IMG/VR virus record: IMGVR_UViG_3300042887_003526 | Reading direction: 5' to 3' (one strand) | DNA: 64,000 nt | Source: an uncultured virus (IMG/VR IMGVR_UViG_3300042887_003526) | Lineage: Duplodnaviria > Heunggongvirae > Uroviricota > Caudoviricetes | Part shown: positions 8,341 through 18,680 of the stretch, piece by piece | How positions within the stretch are numbered: position 1 is the stretch's first letter | How the letters are laid out: every line of letters starts with the position of its first letter | The notes under the pieces: model-generated | Seen by the model: only the letters and a program-made list of their open reading frames with translations | Databases searched by the model: none | Told to the model about the DNA's origin: nothing | Made by a program: the position numbers and the translations under genes

Positions 8341-9922
8341 TTTGCTCAGATTGATTTTCGCCTTCAGGATTCATCTGCTGTTGCAACATTTGTTGCTGCA
8401 TAATTTTTGCCTGTTCTTCTTCAATTTCCTGATTCATTTCGTTGATTTCCTCGTCGGTTTGTTTCAGGATATGTTTACGAACCCATTTTGCAGAGAAGAA
8501 TTGATTTGTGTAATTTGCCATTACATTTAACATATCAACCTTTTCTCTCATTATTTCATTTTCCTTCAGTTCGTTGAAATGTGAATCTTTATTCCAATCA
8601 AACCGAATGTCTTGTGACAAATTATTCCAATCATTTTCGGTCAATATACCCTTTAATAGGCATTGTTTTTTCAAAAGATCTAGGAATAAGAATGAGAATC
8701 TTTTTCTGAGTTTTTCTATAAACTTAAAGAACTGGACTTCATCTCTGGTAATTTCACCTTGTCTTCCCATATTAAACCCGGTAGAGGTTTCAAGTCTGCT
8801 TATAGGAACATTCAATGCTCTATAAACTTTCTTGAGAAGATAATCAACATCGTCCATTTGACCCAGATTTTGTCCACCATCTAGTAATGATATCTCTGTT
8901 CCACGATTTCCATCTCTTCGGGGAATCCAGAAGTCCTCAAGCATGGACATATGATTTCTTTCATCTTTAATCTCTCCTGATTTTGAATCATATGTTATTT
9001 TATTTCTATACTTGTTCATCAAACTAGAAATGTATTGCTCTGCTTTTTGTTTAGGCAGATTACCAACATCGACATAAAATACTCTACGCTCTGGTGCTCT
9101 TGAAATTCTGTAAATAACAACGGCATCTTCTATTTGCCGTAACATATTTACTGGTCTTACTGCTTTTTGTAGATATCCAATTACTCTTTTACTTCCGCTA
9201 TCAACTACGCCCGAGTGGACATAGCAGATAGAATCTACTGATATTTTAATACCAGCAGTTGTTGTTGGTGTTAGCGAGTCTTTATCCAAATCAGTATAAA
9301 CATAAAATTCTTCAATGTTTTTAACCAATGCTAAATTAACATGGTTTACATTTTTAACTTCTTTTTCAACTTTTCTGACCTTTTGAATCTTTGTTGGATC
9401 TATGGATCTGAGTTGTTGTATGCCCTTTTCTGGATTTTTTGTATCAATAATAATATGATAAAACACTTTAGAATCGATATACCATCGTCTAAAAATATCA
9501 TCTGCTTTATTGCTAAAATCTAAAAGTCTTTGGACATTTTTAAATTCTTGATGTATTTTTGTTTTGATATTATCGGATATATTGTCGATATTATCCAAAT
9601 CTAATTTTACACAATCATATTTGTCATCGAATACGATTGAGTCATTTACTATGTCTTGAATTGCTCTATCAACTTCTGGATATAAAGCCAATGATCGATA
9701 TTGCTGTATTTGGGTGTTCTCTTGTATGAGAGCACCGCCGAAGTCAAAATACTGACTGAAAAAACCACCACCCTCTATGACATAGGTTCCATCGTAGTCT
9801 TCGGGTGCAACGAAGGAGGGCTGGGACTTAGGTGGTTCCAGCCCTCCAAATTCGTTGTCTTTCTGTTGAGATTCTTGCTTATCTTTTTTAAATGAAAAGC
9901 CAAATATATCTTTGAAAGCCAT
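8336..9922 (-). CDS. gp20: portal protein gp20
   Basis: PEVDRAIQDIVN, IFRRWYID, IEDAVVIYRISRAPERRVFYVDVGNLPKQKAEQY, MLEDFWIPRR, EITRDE. Confidence 0.98.
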   Translation of the reverse strand: MAFKDIFGFSFKKDKQESQQKDNEFGGLEPPKSQPSFVAPEDYDGTYVIEGGGFFSQYFDFGGALIQENTQIQQYRSLALYPEVDRAIQDIVNDSIVFDDKYDCVKLDLDNIDNISDNIKTKIHQEFKNVQRLLDFSNKADDIFRRWYIDSKVFYHIIIDTKNPEKGIQQLRSIDPTKIQKVRKVEKEVKNVNHVNLALVKNIEEFYVYTDLDKDSLTPTTTAGIKISVDSICYVHSGVVDSGSKRVIGYLQKAVRPVNMLRQIEDAVVIYRISRAPERRVFYVDVGNLPKQKAEQYISSLMNKYRNKITYDSKSGEIKDERNHMSMLEDFWIPRRDGNRGTEISLLDGGQNLGQMDDVDYLLKKVYRALNVPISRLETSTGFNMGRQGEITRDEVQFFKFIEKLRKRFSFLFLDLLKKQCLLKGILTENDWNNLSQDIRFDWNKDSHFNELKENEIMREKVDMLNVMANYTNQFFSAKWVRKHILKQTDEEINEMNQEIEEEQAKIMQQQMLQQQMNPEGENQSEQI

Positions 9923-9953
9923 AATATAAAATTCTCCTTGTAAGTTACTCTAG

Positions 9954-9961
9954 TATTTATT
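9954..9961 (-). promoter_or_regulatory. late promoter AATAAATA (gp20)
   Basis: Overlaps the gp19 stop; AAGGAG RBS downstream. Confidence 0.6.
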
Positions 9962-10544
9962 GTCCGGTTGGGTTCCCAACTCCGTCGCCTGGTTCCCAGT
10001 AATCATATGCCATTGTCACTGTAAACTCAGCAAAAGTGTCCGTCATGTCATATGACATATCAATTGGCGAAATATCTATTGGAAAACAATGTCTAAGTAC
10101 ATGAGATTGTGTGTGTCCGCTATCGGAATTATTTGATACGGAATTTACCACATCTCCATGATAAACTATCCAATCTGATGTTAAACTATAATCTAATATA
10201 TGCGATTCACGATGATTCATCAAATTTATCCACGTTTCAAATGTTTGTTTTAACACCTGACCGGGGGTGGATGAATCATATATTTGAATCGACCAATCCG
10301 CATATGTTCTTTCACCAGAAAATTTAACAATTCTGCCCTGCCAAGCGACGGGTATTACACCTATGCTAGATCCGGGTAATGATGTCGCTTTGCAATAAAC
10401 ATCAAATCTTGAAGTAATATCTGATGCTGGAGCATTGCTTACATTTTCTGTGGTCACTGCTGTCGGAAAAGAACCAGAAATTTTAAATCTATTTGGTCTT
10501 GTTCCGAAAAAATTGTGTCTAAAGTCTCTTATTCCTGTTGCCAT
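9957..10544 (-). CDS. gp19: tail tube protein gp19
   Basis: RPNRF, CKATSLPGS.IG.IPV.WQGR.VK..GERTYADW, FP.DISPID, EFTVTMAYDYW. Confidence 0.93.
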   Translation of the reverse strand: MATGIRDFRHNFFGTRPNRFKISGSFPTAVTTENVSNAPASDITSRFDVYCKATSLPGSSIGVIPVAWQGRIVKFSGERTYADWSIQIYDSSTPGQVLKQTFETWINLMNHRESHILDYSLTSDWIVYHGDVVNSVSNNSDSGHTQSHVLRHCFPIDISPIDMSYDMTDTFAEFTVTMAYDYWEPGDGVGNPTGQ

Positions 10545-10585
10545 TTTTGTTCTCCCTTATGTTTGTGCTAAATCTTTATAATCAA

Positions 10586-11806
10586 TCATAGTGGACTTGA
10601 CAAATTCTTGTTTGTGAATGTCAGTCTTACATAATTGATTGCGGTTACTGGTTTGACCAAGATATCAGCAACGAATATTCTTTGTTGAATCAAATCGGGG
10701 GTGTTATTCGAAGAATCACAAATGATCTTATAATCACTTACTCCTCTTTGGCCTTTGATTTGGTTCAATGCACTATCCGCAGCAAGACGGAATCTTGCTC
10801 TGGTGTTTTCATCATTTTGCTCAAAGAGTATTGCTCTTGCGACAGGAGACAATAGTTTTCTGAGGAAGATGAATAGTCTAGAGACATTGATTCTAGAAAG
10901 AGTAGATGTGTCTGAAGCTCCGGTCTTGTCACCAAACAATATGGTTCCTTCGCCTGGGAATGTAACTACTGGATTAATTCCGGCATCAAACGCTGTATCT
11001 TGTGCTGCATCTGTTAGATTTTGTTCTATACGAACAACATTTAGAATTCTACCGCGGATTCTGCCGGCAGGGGAGAACCAAGGATAGAAGTCTCTGTCGG
11101 TTCTAGCAATGCATCCTGCAACATCGGCAGATACGTTTGTTCTGATCAAATTTCCTGCGGTATCAAAATGTAACTTATGACCCCATGTGTGGACATATTT
11201 GTCCGTTCTATAGTTTGCGTTTGCTCCACCAATTGAGGCGGGAACTGCATCACCCGTTCCGCACAAAACACCAATTGCAGCGAAATCTGTGCTAGACTTT
11301 GCATCAATAACAGTTCCGACATCAATAATGTGGTTATCTGAGGTGCCACCGTGGAACATAACATCAAAATCTATTTCATTTGGTTGTAAAGATGTATAAA
11401 CATTTACTGTATTTGCAGATGCTCCAGTACCACCAACATAGCAAGAAGCGCCATATTGCAAGAAATTATGAACCGCCCACCATTCTTGTTGCCATGTACC
11501 AGCAGTAGCATTTGCTGCGGAAATAAATGCAGCTGCAGATGGGCCGATAGAAGCAGTCAATGTTGCTCCTGTCATGCTAACTGGGGCCGCGGCATTTGTA
11601 TTATAAGTATAATTTCTTAACCGGGTAAACCAGTCATTTATATCGTTTGTAAATAAATAACCTTGTTGTCTTTCTGTAGTTACGCCCATTCGGGTCAAAA
11701 GACCGTTGCGAGAAACTAATGCTCCTACTGCTGGTCCTAAAACCTCTCCAAATGGAGGTGAAAGTGATTCGTCTACTATTCTTACTGTAACATTTGGTCT
11801 TGCCAT
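10586..11806 (-). CDS. gp18: tail sheath protein gp18 (short, 406 aa)
   Basis: PWFSPAG..RG, INPVVTFPGEGTILFGDKT, RINVSRLF, LFEQND..TR, ICDSSNNTP, IL.KP..AINY. Confidence 0.95.
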   Translation of the reverse strand: MARPNVTVRIVDESLSPPFGEVLGPAVGALVSRNGLLTRMGVTTERQQGYLFTNDINDWFTRLRNYTYNTNAAAPVSMTGATLTASIGPSAAAFISAANATAGTWQQEWWAVHNFLQYGASCYVGGTGASANTVNVYTSLQPNEIDFDVMFHGGTSDNHIIDVGTVIDAKSSTDFAAIGVLCGTGDAVPASIGGANANYRTDKYVHTWGHKLHFDTAGNLIRTNVSADVAGCIARTDRDFYPWFSPAGRIRGRILNVVRIEQNLTDAAQDTAFDAGINPVVTFPGEGTILFGDKTGASDTSTLSRINVSRLFIFLRKLLSPVARAILFEQNDENTRARFRLAADSALNQIKGQRGVSDYKIICDSSNNTPDLIQQRIFVADILVKPVTAINYVRLTFTNKNLSSPL

Positions 11807-11843
11807 TTTATCTTCTCCTTGATAAAGTAATATATGTCAGTGA

Positions 11844-11851
11844 TATGTATT
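11844..11851 (-). promoter_or_regulatory. late promoter variant AATACATA (gp18)
   Basis: Same 8-mer as before gp23; AAGGAG RBS downstream. Confidence 0.55.
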
Positions 11852-11864
11852 GTTTTTTATATTT

Positions 11865-13601
11865 TCATGTAAACCAGTGTTTCATATCTATAGGTGCGTC
11901 GAATTCCACTTTTTTCAGTGGTTTATCGCTTAAGATCCAATAATCTTCGCCTATTTTTTCTGCTTTTTCTGGATCTTGTCCGCCATCATCAAAAAATCCA
12001 AAAGGCATAATTTCTGATTCTATTTTTTCTATTTCGTGTTTATACATGTCCAGACGAATATCCAGATCTGTCAAATTTTTGAAAAAATCTTGTCTGGTTG
12101 CCCATGCAAAGAAAACAAGGCACATTACTAAATCGTCATTATGACCGTCGTCTGCTTCGAAACTTGTTCGTTTGGCAATAAAGGTTGTGAGCTCGTCTAT
12201 TATATCTATATCTTCAATTATTAATTTATCTTGCTCAATCAGATTCTTTAAAACCGAGCATCCTAGTTTTTTAACAAGAGTAGTGGTTCGAACGCCCATT
12301 TGTTGGTTTCGGTTTCCATACTCAGTAATAATTTGACCTTTTCTGCCTAAAACATTAACTTTGATTAAATTTTCATATTCGAGATCAGTATGTAAAATAT
12401 CTGCGACTTGACCACCTATATCATTAACCTCGACTAAGCAATAGGCATCATTATACTTTTTACCAATTGATCGGACTATAGATGGTAACACCAAGGGGGA
12501 TGTTATATTATTTCGATACTTAGCAACAATTTTATATGGAGTTTGAGTGACATCCAATACTACCACCGCACTATAATCCTTTCCCTGTCCCCGTGATGTA
12601 TCCACGGTCATGAAATAGACATGATCTTTTTTAACATCCTCTTCGTCGTTTTCTTTTCTTACGGGTTCTTCGTAAATCCAGAAACCGTCTTTATTTCTCA
12701 CGAGCGGTTGTTTCCAATACATGGAATTCAATTTAGCTGAAGATATCAGCGTATTGCTTGAACCAATAAAATCACATTCGAACTCCTGCTGGAACTGTCT
12801 ATCCGATGTGTTTTGAATTGTTTTTTGTTTCCATGCTTCATTTCTCAGAGGACCACCCGGATATTCTGGAACCTGACTCCAATGTACATCTATTGCTTTG
12901 TATTCGTTTTTATTATTAATAGCACCCTTCCAAAATTGATAAAACATATTCAATCCGTTTGGTGTTGAAATAATAATAACTTGAGTTGTTTGACCAGAGG
13001 TTACTGTTGGATATACGGAACTAAAGAATTCTTCGGATACATTTGTAGGAACGTGAGCAAACTCGTCCAGTAGAATAATGTTATAAGAACCACCACGCAC
13101 CGCACTTGAACTTGTTGCGGCGGCGATTATTCTTGATCCGTTCTCTAATTGAATAGAATGTTTATTCCATTCTACTATTCCCTGCTGTAACCATAATGGC
13201 AAATATTCATATGCCATTTTAATTCTTGCTAAAACTTCTCTTGCAGCAGATTGCTTGTTTGCAAGAATTGCGATATTCATATTTTGATTGAATAATGCTT
13301 TTTGTAGCAAGTATCCAGGACCTACAGTTGTGGTCTTTCCTGACTGTCTTGGTAATTTACAAATAACATGTCTATTATTCCAAAGAGTATTAATTATTGT
13401 TTCTTGATAATCATACAAATTAAATGGAACGATACCGGAGTCTAGTGACACTACTTTGATATAAGTTTTAGCAAAATGTATAGGATCGTTGGCGCATTTT
13501 AAATATTCCTCTACCTGTTCTTTGGTAAAGTCTATTTTAACACCAACTGGTTTTAAATTGCTGTTTCCTAAGTAACCTTTTCTGTTATATTTAACCGGCA
13601 T
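11865..13601 (-). CDS. gp17: terminase large subunit gp17 (likely start 13601; ORF track extends to 13622)
   Basis: YLGN.NLK, Walker A PRQSGKTT, ILLDEFAH, ISTPNG.N.FY, F.QEFEC.F, nuclease motifs VDTSRG.G.DYS and DDLVM. Confidence 0.97.
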   Translation of the reverse strand: MPVKYNRKGYLGNSNLKPVGVKIDFTKEQVEEYLKCANDPIHFAKTYIKVVSLDSGIVPFNLYDYQETIINTLWNNRHVICKLPRQSGKTTTVGPGYLLQKALFNQNMNIAILANKQSAAREVLARIKMAYEYLPLWLQQGIVEWNKHSIQLENGSRIIAAATSSSAVRGGSYNIILLDEFAHVPTNVSEEFFSSVYPTVTSGQTTQVIIISTPNGLNMFYQFWKGAINNKNEYKAIDVHWSQVPEYPGGPLRNEAWKQKTIQNTSDRQFQQEFECDFIGSSNTLISSAKLNSMYWKQPLVRNKDGFWIYEEPVRKENDEEDVKKDHVYFMTVDTSRGQGKDYSAVVVLDVTQTPYKIVAKYRNNITSPLVLPSIVRSIGKKYNDAYCLVEVNDIGGQVADILHTDLEYENLIKVNVLGRKGQIITEYGNRNQQMGVRTTTLVKKLGCSVLKNLIEQDKLIIEDIDIIDELTTFIAKRTSFEADDGHNDDLVMCLVFFAWATRQDFFKNLTDLDIRLDMYKHEIEKIESEIMPFGFFDDGGQDPEKAEKIGEDYWILSDKPLKKVEFDAPIDMKHWFT

Positions 13602-14064
13602 CGTCTTCGCTTTCTGCATCAATTAAATTTTCACCTGATTTAAATTGACTTCTTGATTTATTTAACAAATTCTGTAGGTCGGTAGTAGAACCGACATATA
13701 TTGAATTGTTTGTTGTATTTTTAATAGAAACTTTATCTTTATCTGCCTCATTTGCTTTTGTGTGCAGATCTAGAAGATCCTTGTTCATCTCACTGAGTGT
13801 TTTTAGAAGGGTCGCAGCGACCTCATACGCTCTTGGAGAGTCACCTGCGGTCGCAACCCGCATAATTCCATCTACCGCGTCCATACCCGTTCCTATCAAT
13901 TCCTTGATACCATCTCGGGCAGAATCAAAATCTGTATTAAGTAATTGCTCTCTTCTTTCGCGTTTTAATTGCGACAATTGTTTTTTATCAACTATGGCTT
14001 CTTTTGGAGAATCCGTAGGTTCATATTTTATTTCAAGTGCTTTTGATATTTTTTCTTCAGACAT
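13591..14064 (-). CDS. gp16: terminase small subunit gp16
   Basis: SPRAYEVAA, NNSIYVGSTTDLQ. Confidence 0.93.
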   Translation of the reverse strand: MSEEKISKALEIKYEPTDSPKEAIVDKKQLSQLKRERREQLLNTDFDSARDGIKELIGTGMDAVDGIMRVATAGDSPRAYEVAATLLKTLSEMNKDLLDLHTKANEADKDKVSIKNTTNNSIYVGSTTDLQNLLNKSRSQFKSGENLIDAESEDDAG

Positions 14065-14074
14065 AATTTAAACC

Positions 14075-14836
14075 TCATATTACAGAAGACCCATCTGTCA
14101 TTGTGACGCTTCCAGTTGTGGCATTTCCTGTCCAACCAAAGTCCGTAATAAAATTGGATGGAGCGGCAGTAGAACCCAAGAAAGAATCGAAGAAATTGAC
14201 TTCGGATGTTTCGATAGAAACCGGCGTTCTTTCTTTGATTTGTCCATACACATATGTTTTTGCTGTAAAATCAAATACAGATGTTATCAATCTTCTTGTA
14301 GAAAAATCGCCTTCAAAATCTTCATTTGTTGCGACAGAGTTCAAAACAAAAGGAACATCAACTTTACTGGACAAAGGATTCATATTTAAACTTACCGTAA
14401 AATCTGGAGCAAAGTTTGGCAATATTTGCTCTACTATTTGTAAGGTGTCTGTTACATTTCTTGTGAACAGATATAAGTTAAAATTGATGTTGTAGGGAAC
14501 TTCAGACCACATGGAATACTCTGTTCCATTAATTTGTTTTGCAATGTTTTTTAGTTTATTTACTTTTCTTGTTGGGTCATACAGATATGTTGTTATATCA
14601 AATCCCAATCTAGGAAGAGTTATCTGCACATGCTGATTGTCTGTTATTGTGTTATCTTCTCTTAGTTTTCGTAAAAACTTTTCCTTGGGTCCGTAAGTTA
14701 TTGGAACTCTTACCTTTTCTGTAACATTATTAGATTCATCGAATTTGGAAAGATATATTTCGTTAAATAGCGATCCAAACGCTAAAACTAATTTTCTTAC
14801 ACTTTCGTTATAATAACTTGAGTCAATTCCAAACAT
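14075..14836 (-). CDS. gp15: tail sheath stabilizer/terminator gp15
   Basis: AFGSLFN.I, VPITYGPKEKFL, ITLPRLGF, QIVEQILP.F.P, FTAKTYVYG. Confidence 0.95.
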   Translation of the reverse strand: MFGIDSSYYNESVRKLVLAFGSLFNEIYLSKFDESNNVTEKVRVPITYGPKEKFLRKLREDNTITDNQHVQITLPRLGFDITTYLYDPTRKVNKLKNIAKQINGTEYSMWSEVPYNINFNLYLFTRNVTDTLQIVEQILPNFAPDFTVSLNMNPLSSKVDVPFVLNSVATNEDFEGDFSTRRLITSVFDFTAKTYVYGQIKERTPVSIETSEVNFFDSFLGSTAAPSNFITDFGWTGNATTGSVTMTDGSSVI

Positions 14837-15774
14837 TAGTATTTACCTTCCGAGAATGGATCTTTATCTGTAAAGTCGAATAGCGATCCACTTGTATTTT
14901 TATACTGAATCACATCATTATCTAGATTTGGTGATATTGTATTTTGTGGATCTTTCTGTACTATAATATTTGTTGCAGTAACACCAATTACAGAGAACTC
15001 TGCGTTTGAATATGCACCCTTTATAGATTGATTTCCGGTGAGGAATGTACCAGAAACATTTCCAAGATAAAGTATGTCGTAAGTGACACCATCTTGTTGT
15101 TCTATAAGAGTTGCAGTTGCAGTTGCATCTGCAAGCGTCGATCCTGCACCACATATACCAGCGACTTGATATAATATTTCGCCTGCTGTATAGTATCCAA
15201 CAACCGGATCATTTGCAGTAACACCGATGAACATCTTAAGGGCGTACTCTTTCTTATCGCTTTCAATTGTATCGATGTCTGTAATTCCTGTACTGATTTC
15301 TTCGTTGCTATAAGTAAACAGTTCACATTCAAGAGTATATGTCGTGAGTGCTCCAAATTGATAAAACGGATCTCTTTTGTTTACATGGTTGATTTCAAAT
15401 AAAGAACCGCTAAGTGAAAAATAAACTAAATCACCTACTCTTGGATAAACAATGTCGGAATCCTTTGTTGTTACTTCTTGTTCGAATCTAGTCCGTGACA
15501 ATATAAGAGTAACGCGATCTGTAATGTTTATTCCAAATTTACTAATTACATCTGCCTGTCCATCAAACTGCATAACATTCTTTATGTACATCTCAATTGT
15601 ATATGCATCCGTGAATTTATTTTGTATATCTTCGCCAAATAATTCATCAATGTTTACATAGTTTCTTGGTATGTAAATCATGTCTCTGCCCATAGAACGA
15701 ATAGTTTCGATGGTTAAATCGTTTACTAATCGCTGCTCGGCAGTACTATCACGGAAAAAAGGATTTGTTGCCAT
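14836..15774 (-). CDS. gp14: neck protein gp14
   Basis: EQRLVNDL..E.I...G....YIPR, KFG, P..GDLVY, PFYQ.G, L.CELF.YS.E, FDFTDKDPF. Confidence 0.93.
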   Translation of the reverse strand: MATNPFFRDSTAEQRLVNDLTIETIRSMGRDMIYIPRNYVNIDELFGEDIQNKFTDAYTIEMYIKNVMQFDGQADVISKFGINITDRVTLILSRTRFEQEVTTKDSDIVYPRVGDLVYFSLSGSLFEINHVNKRDPFYQFGALTTYTLECELFTYSNEEISTGITDIDTIESDKKEYALKMFIGVTANDPVVGYYTAGEILYQVAGICGAGSTLADATATATLIEQQDGVTYDILYLGNVSGTFLTGNQSIKGAYSNAEFSVIGVTATNIIVQKDPQNTISPNLDNDVIQYKNTSGSLFDFTDKDPFSEGKY

Positions 15775-15778
15775 TTAA

Positions 15779-16579
15779 TTATCCTACCATAAAATCTATA
15801 GGCAATTCATATGCTGTTAGCATTTCTAACTCTATTGCTTGGAGTTCTGCCTGTGCTTCTTGGTATATTGCTGCTCCCTTTAGGGTTATACCGCCAGGGA
15901 GCTGTACGCCGTCATACTTAGCCATGTTTGCTCCCCATTGTCTTTTGATGAGGGCTGTTAGGTACTTTTTGAGTAGACGGTCGTTATAAATTTCTGTATA
16001 TTTTTCTGGATCTAGAAGAACAAACGCTTCCAAAACAATATATTGTCCGACAACCATATCTGCTTTTCTTCCGGTAATATGTACTCTATTAGTAACTTTG
16101 CTAAATGTTATTGATTTTTCGGGTTGGAAGAAATCCTGAATCAATTTAATATATCTTTTAGCAGAATCATAGGATGCAAGACCCATAGATGGACTTCCAC
16201 CCAATCCACGATTGATACCAAAGTAATCAGTCAGTGCTAATTGATAACGAATGTCAAACATATCAACGGTGGTTAACATACCAAATTGGAAGATTTTAAC
16301 AATGCTCAATATATCATTACCAGTGGGGCCATCGCCACCGGGGCCATTTGTAGGACCTAGAGTGGATGTATCGACATAACCATTATCGATATCTGTCTGG
16401 GTTAATTGATATTTAAAATATGCTCTTTCGACACCATCAAAGTGTCTTTCCGCAAAATATTGAAGAGCTTCTTCCAAACGATCTTCGCATTGCTGATAAT
16501 CAACATTGATTTGTATGACAGGATGACCCAGATTCCTGAGTGAATAGTCAATTATTGATTCCTTAGAATTTATTGCCAT
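15779..16579 (-). CDS. gp13: neck protein gp13
   Basis: LR.LG.PVI.INV, HFDG.E, Y.TALIKRQWG.N..K..GVQLPGG.TL.G. Confidence 0.95.
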   Translation of the reverse strand: MAINSKESIIDYSLRNLGHPVIQINVDYQQCEDRLEEALQYFAERHFDGVERAYFKYQLTQTDIDNGYVDTSTLGPTNGPGGDGPTGNDILSIVKIFQFGMLTTVDMFDIRYQLALTDYFGINRGLGGSPSMGLASYDSAKRYIKLIQDFFQPEKSITFSKVTNRVHITGRKADMVVGQYIVLEAFVLLDPEKYTEIYNDRLLKKYLTALIKRQWGANMAKYDGVQLPGGITLKGAAIYQEAQAELQAIELEMLTAYELPIDFMVG

Positions 16580-16582
16580 TTA

Positions 16583-16614
16583 AAAATCTCCTTACTTATT
16601 TATAAGGAGATTTT
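16583..16614 (-). promoter_or_regulatory. 12-bp inverted repeat sequestering the gp13 RBS and containing late promoter TATAAATA (16597-16604)
   Basis: Minus strand AAAATCTCCTTA TAAATAAG TAAGGAGATTTT taa ATG. Confidence 0.8.
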
Positions 16615-16620
16615 ATTATA

Positions 16621-17157
16621 TTATTCTGGTTTTGCCTGTTCTTCTGGTTTATTCGGAGGTTCGTGAGTCGAAACCTTTATTTTTTCCAGTTCTTTATATG
16701 ATATGTTTTCAATATAATATCTTCTGGTTATAGGTGAAACTGCTTCCTCTGGACTTGATGGTTTGTAATTAGTAAACCCTGGCATTTGCAATGGGCAATT
16801 TAATTTTGGATAGTCCAATTTGCTATATTCATTGCCTTCGGCATTTAACCAAGTTCCCTTCTTATCGCCGCATCCACATCCACCGCAGAAAAATCTACCA
16901 TCGGTGGTGCTTTGCTTTAAATATTCACAGGGAGGTAATTGACCATCTTGGTCTTTATTACCAAAACAACTCAATACTCTGAGTTGCTTTATTGGTTTGT
17001 TTACTCTTTCGTTCTTCAATCCACGAGAAGTCAAAGCAGTAGCAAAACTCTGCACCATGCTTATTTTTTTACTTAAACTATTGGTTTCTTTTATTTCGTC
17101 TTTACGAAACTCAGGTTCATCATTATTCATATTATTTTTCCTACAATTGCACCCCAT
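16621..17157 (-). CDS. Cys-rich hypothetical protein, possible metal-binding (DUF6171-like spacing)
   Basis: MGCNCRK...R...C...PC...FFCGGCGCG...LNCP. Confidence 0.55.
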   Translation of the reverse strand: MGCNCRKNNMNNDEPEFRKDEIKETNSLSKKISMVQSFATALTSRGLKNERVNKPIKQLRVLSCFGNKDQDGQLPPCEYLKQSTTDGRFFCGGCGCGDKKGTWLNAEGNEYSKLDYPKLNCPLQMPGFTNYKPSSPEEAVSPITRRYYIENISYKELEKIKVSTHEPPNKPEEQAKPE

Positions 17158-17176
17158 AATATAACTCCATTTCTAT

Positions 17177-18679
17177 TTATGTCAACAAAATTCTTCTAAA
17201 AAACAACATAGACACTCTGGTATTTACAGAAGACAATATCATTCTTCCATAATTGCTACTATCTGCAATTGACATATATTGACAATATATCAATTTATCA
17301 GTTTTCATTGTTGATGTCATAAATGCACCAATCGGAGCAATATGTTCTTCGAACGCTCCCGTATATTTTTTATATTGATACGCAAAGAATTGCAATTCTT
17401 TGATTGATGGTAGATAAAAATCAACAAATCCTTTTCTGTTTTTGCCCGCAATAGTATTTGTCAATTTTGTTTTTATACCATTAAATTGTTTATTGTCTCC
17501 ATAAAAATTATAGAAACCATCGTAATTTGACAAATTGGTATAATTTGTTTGGAATCTTTCATCTGTATCCAAAAATCTTGTAATATAAGTCGCAGGTTCA
17601 ACTACCAATGCCCATTTATTGTTTGATTTATTTCCAGGCCCTATTGCTTCTGAAAAATAGTTTTTAGCAAAAGAAACTTGTGAAGACCCATATATCGAAG
17701 AACCTCTTGGTGTTATTGGTGAACCGGGTTCAAATTTTCCGATATAAAATCCACCTTTATACAATTCTCCAATAGGAAGGTCTAATGAATCAAATTCGGT
17801 TTCGGACATAGTTTCTGGTTCTATTAACCTACTTCCTATTTTTGTCGGAGTTTGTGGTGAATATATGTGATCACAAACTTTCATATCCGTTCTCATAGGA
17901 ACCCAATATTCAGAACAATCTGATTCTATTGAAAAATTACAATTATATGAATATGTGCTATTTGTTTTGTTCAGAGAATAACAACTTCCATGCTCAAATC
18001 CTTCAAATAGTGTTGATTTTGTGGTCATCAGACTAGCGAAATTAGAAGAACCGCAGTTTGCAACACCATTTCCTAACATACTGCCTTCGCATAATTTGTT
18101 TTTTGAATATATTGCTGGTTCGTTTGAGAGTGTATATCCAAGACAATCTGAACTTTTACATACGTTTTTGCATACAATTCCTGTTGGAACATTTGCTTCA
18201 TTTCTTTCCATGTAGCAGCAGGATCTTGGAATTCGGGCATCAAGAGTATCGCAAGACCCGTTTAATTCATTTTGTGGATATGTTTTAATACAAAATCGTC
18301 TTGCTACATTGATATCTTGCATGCTGGTATCAGTAGGACATGGTGAATTTGTCCACTTACCACCCAATCGATCACATTCACATTGAGTTGTTGGTGTAAG
18401 TCCTGTTGTGCTATAAGTTATTGGATTTCCGCAACTAACAGTAGATCCCTCTACATCTAAAAATGAAGAATTACAAGAACAACAACACCCTATTTCACCG
18501 CGTTGCGGACAAGTAATTGTTTCAATATCTCCATATTGGAAGTTTCCGCCAGATTGAAAACATTCAACTAATGTTTTTTGGGTTTTATTTCCCAGAAAAT
18601 CACAACATACTCCAGTAGATTTTAAATCCCCAGAATAGTCTATTGTGCTTTTTGTTCTTGTTCTAAATTGTATTGCCAT
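17177..18679 (-). CDS. Cys-rich repeat protein with C-terminal Lcl/DUF1566-like domain; putative receptor-binding virion protein
   Basis: GVCC/GCCC/RSCC repeats; GGFYIG, WALVV, YDGFYN, GFVDFYLPSIKEL, FFRRI. Confidence 0.6.
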   Translation of the reverse strand: MAIQFRTRTKSTIDYSGDLKSTGVCCDFLGNKTQKTLVECFQSGGNFQYGDIETITCPQRGEIGCCCSCNSSFLDVEGSTVSCGNPITYSTTGLTPTTQCECDRLGGKWTNSPCPTDTSMQDINVARRFCIKTYPQNELNGSCDTLDARIPRSCCYMERNEANVPTGIVCKNVCKSSDCLGYTLSNEPAIYSKNKLCEGSMLGNGVANCGSSNFASLMTTKSTLFEGFEHGSCYSLNKTNSTYSYNCNFSIESDCSEYWVPMRTDMKVCDHIYSPQTPTKIGSRLIEPETMSETEFDSLDLPIGELYKGGFYIGKFEPGSPITPRGSSIYGSSQVSFAKNYFSEAIGPGNKSNNKWALVVEPATYITRFLDTDERFQTNYTNLSNYDGFYNFYGDNKQFNGIKTKLTNTIAGKNRKGFVDFYLPSIKELQFFAYQYKKYTGAFEEHIAPIGAFMTSTMKTDKLIYCQYMSIADSSNYGRMILSSVNTRVSMLFFRRILLT

Positions 18680-18680
18680 A

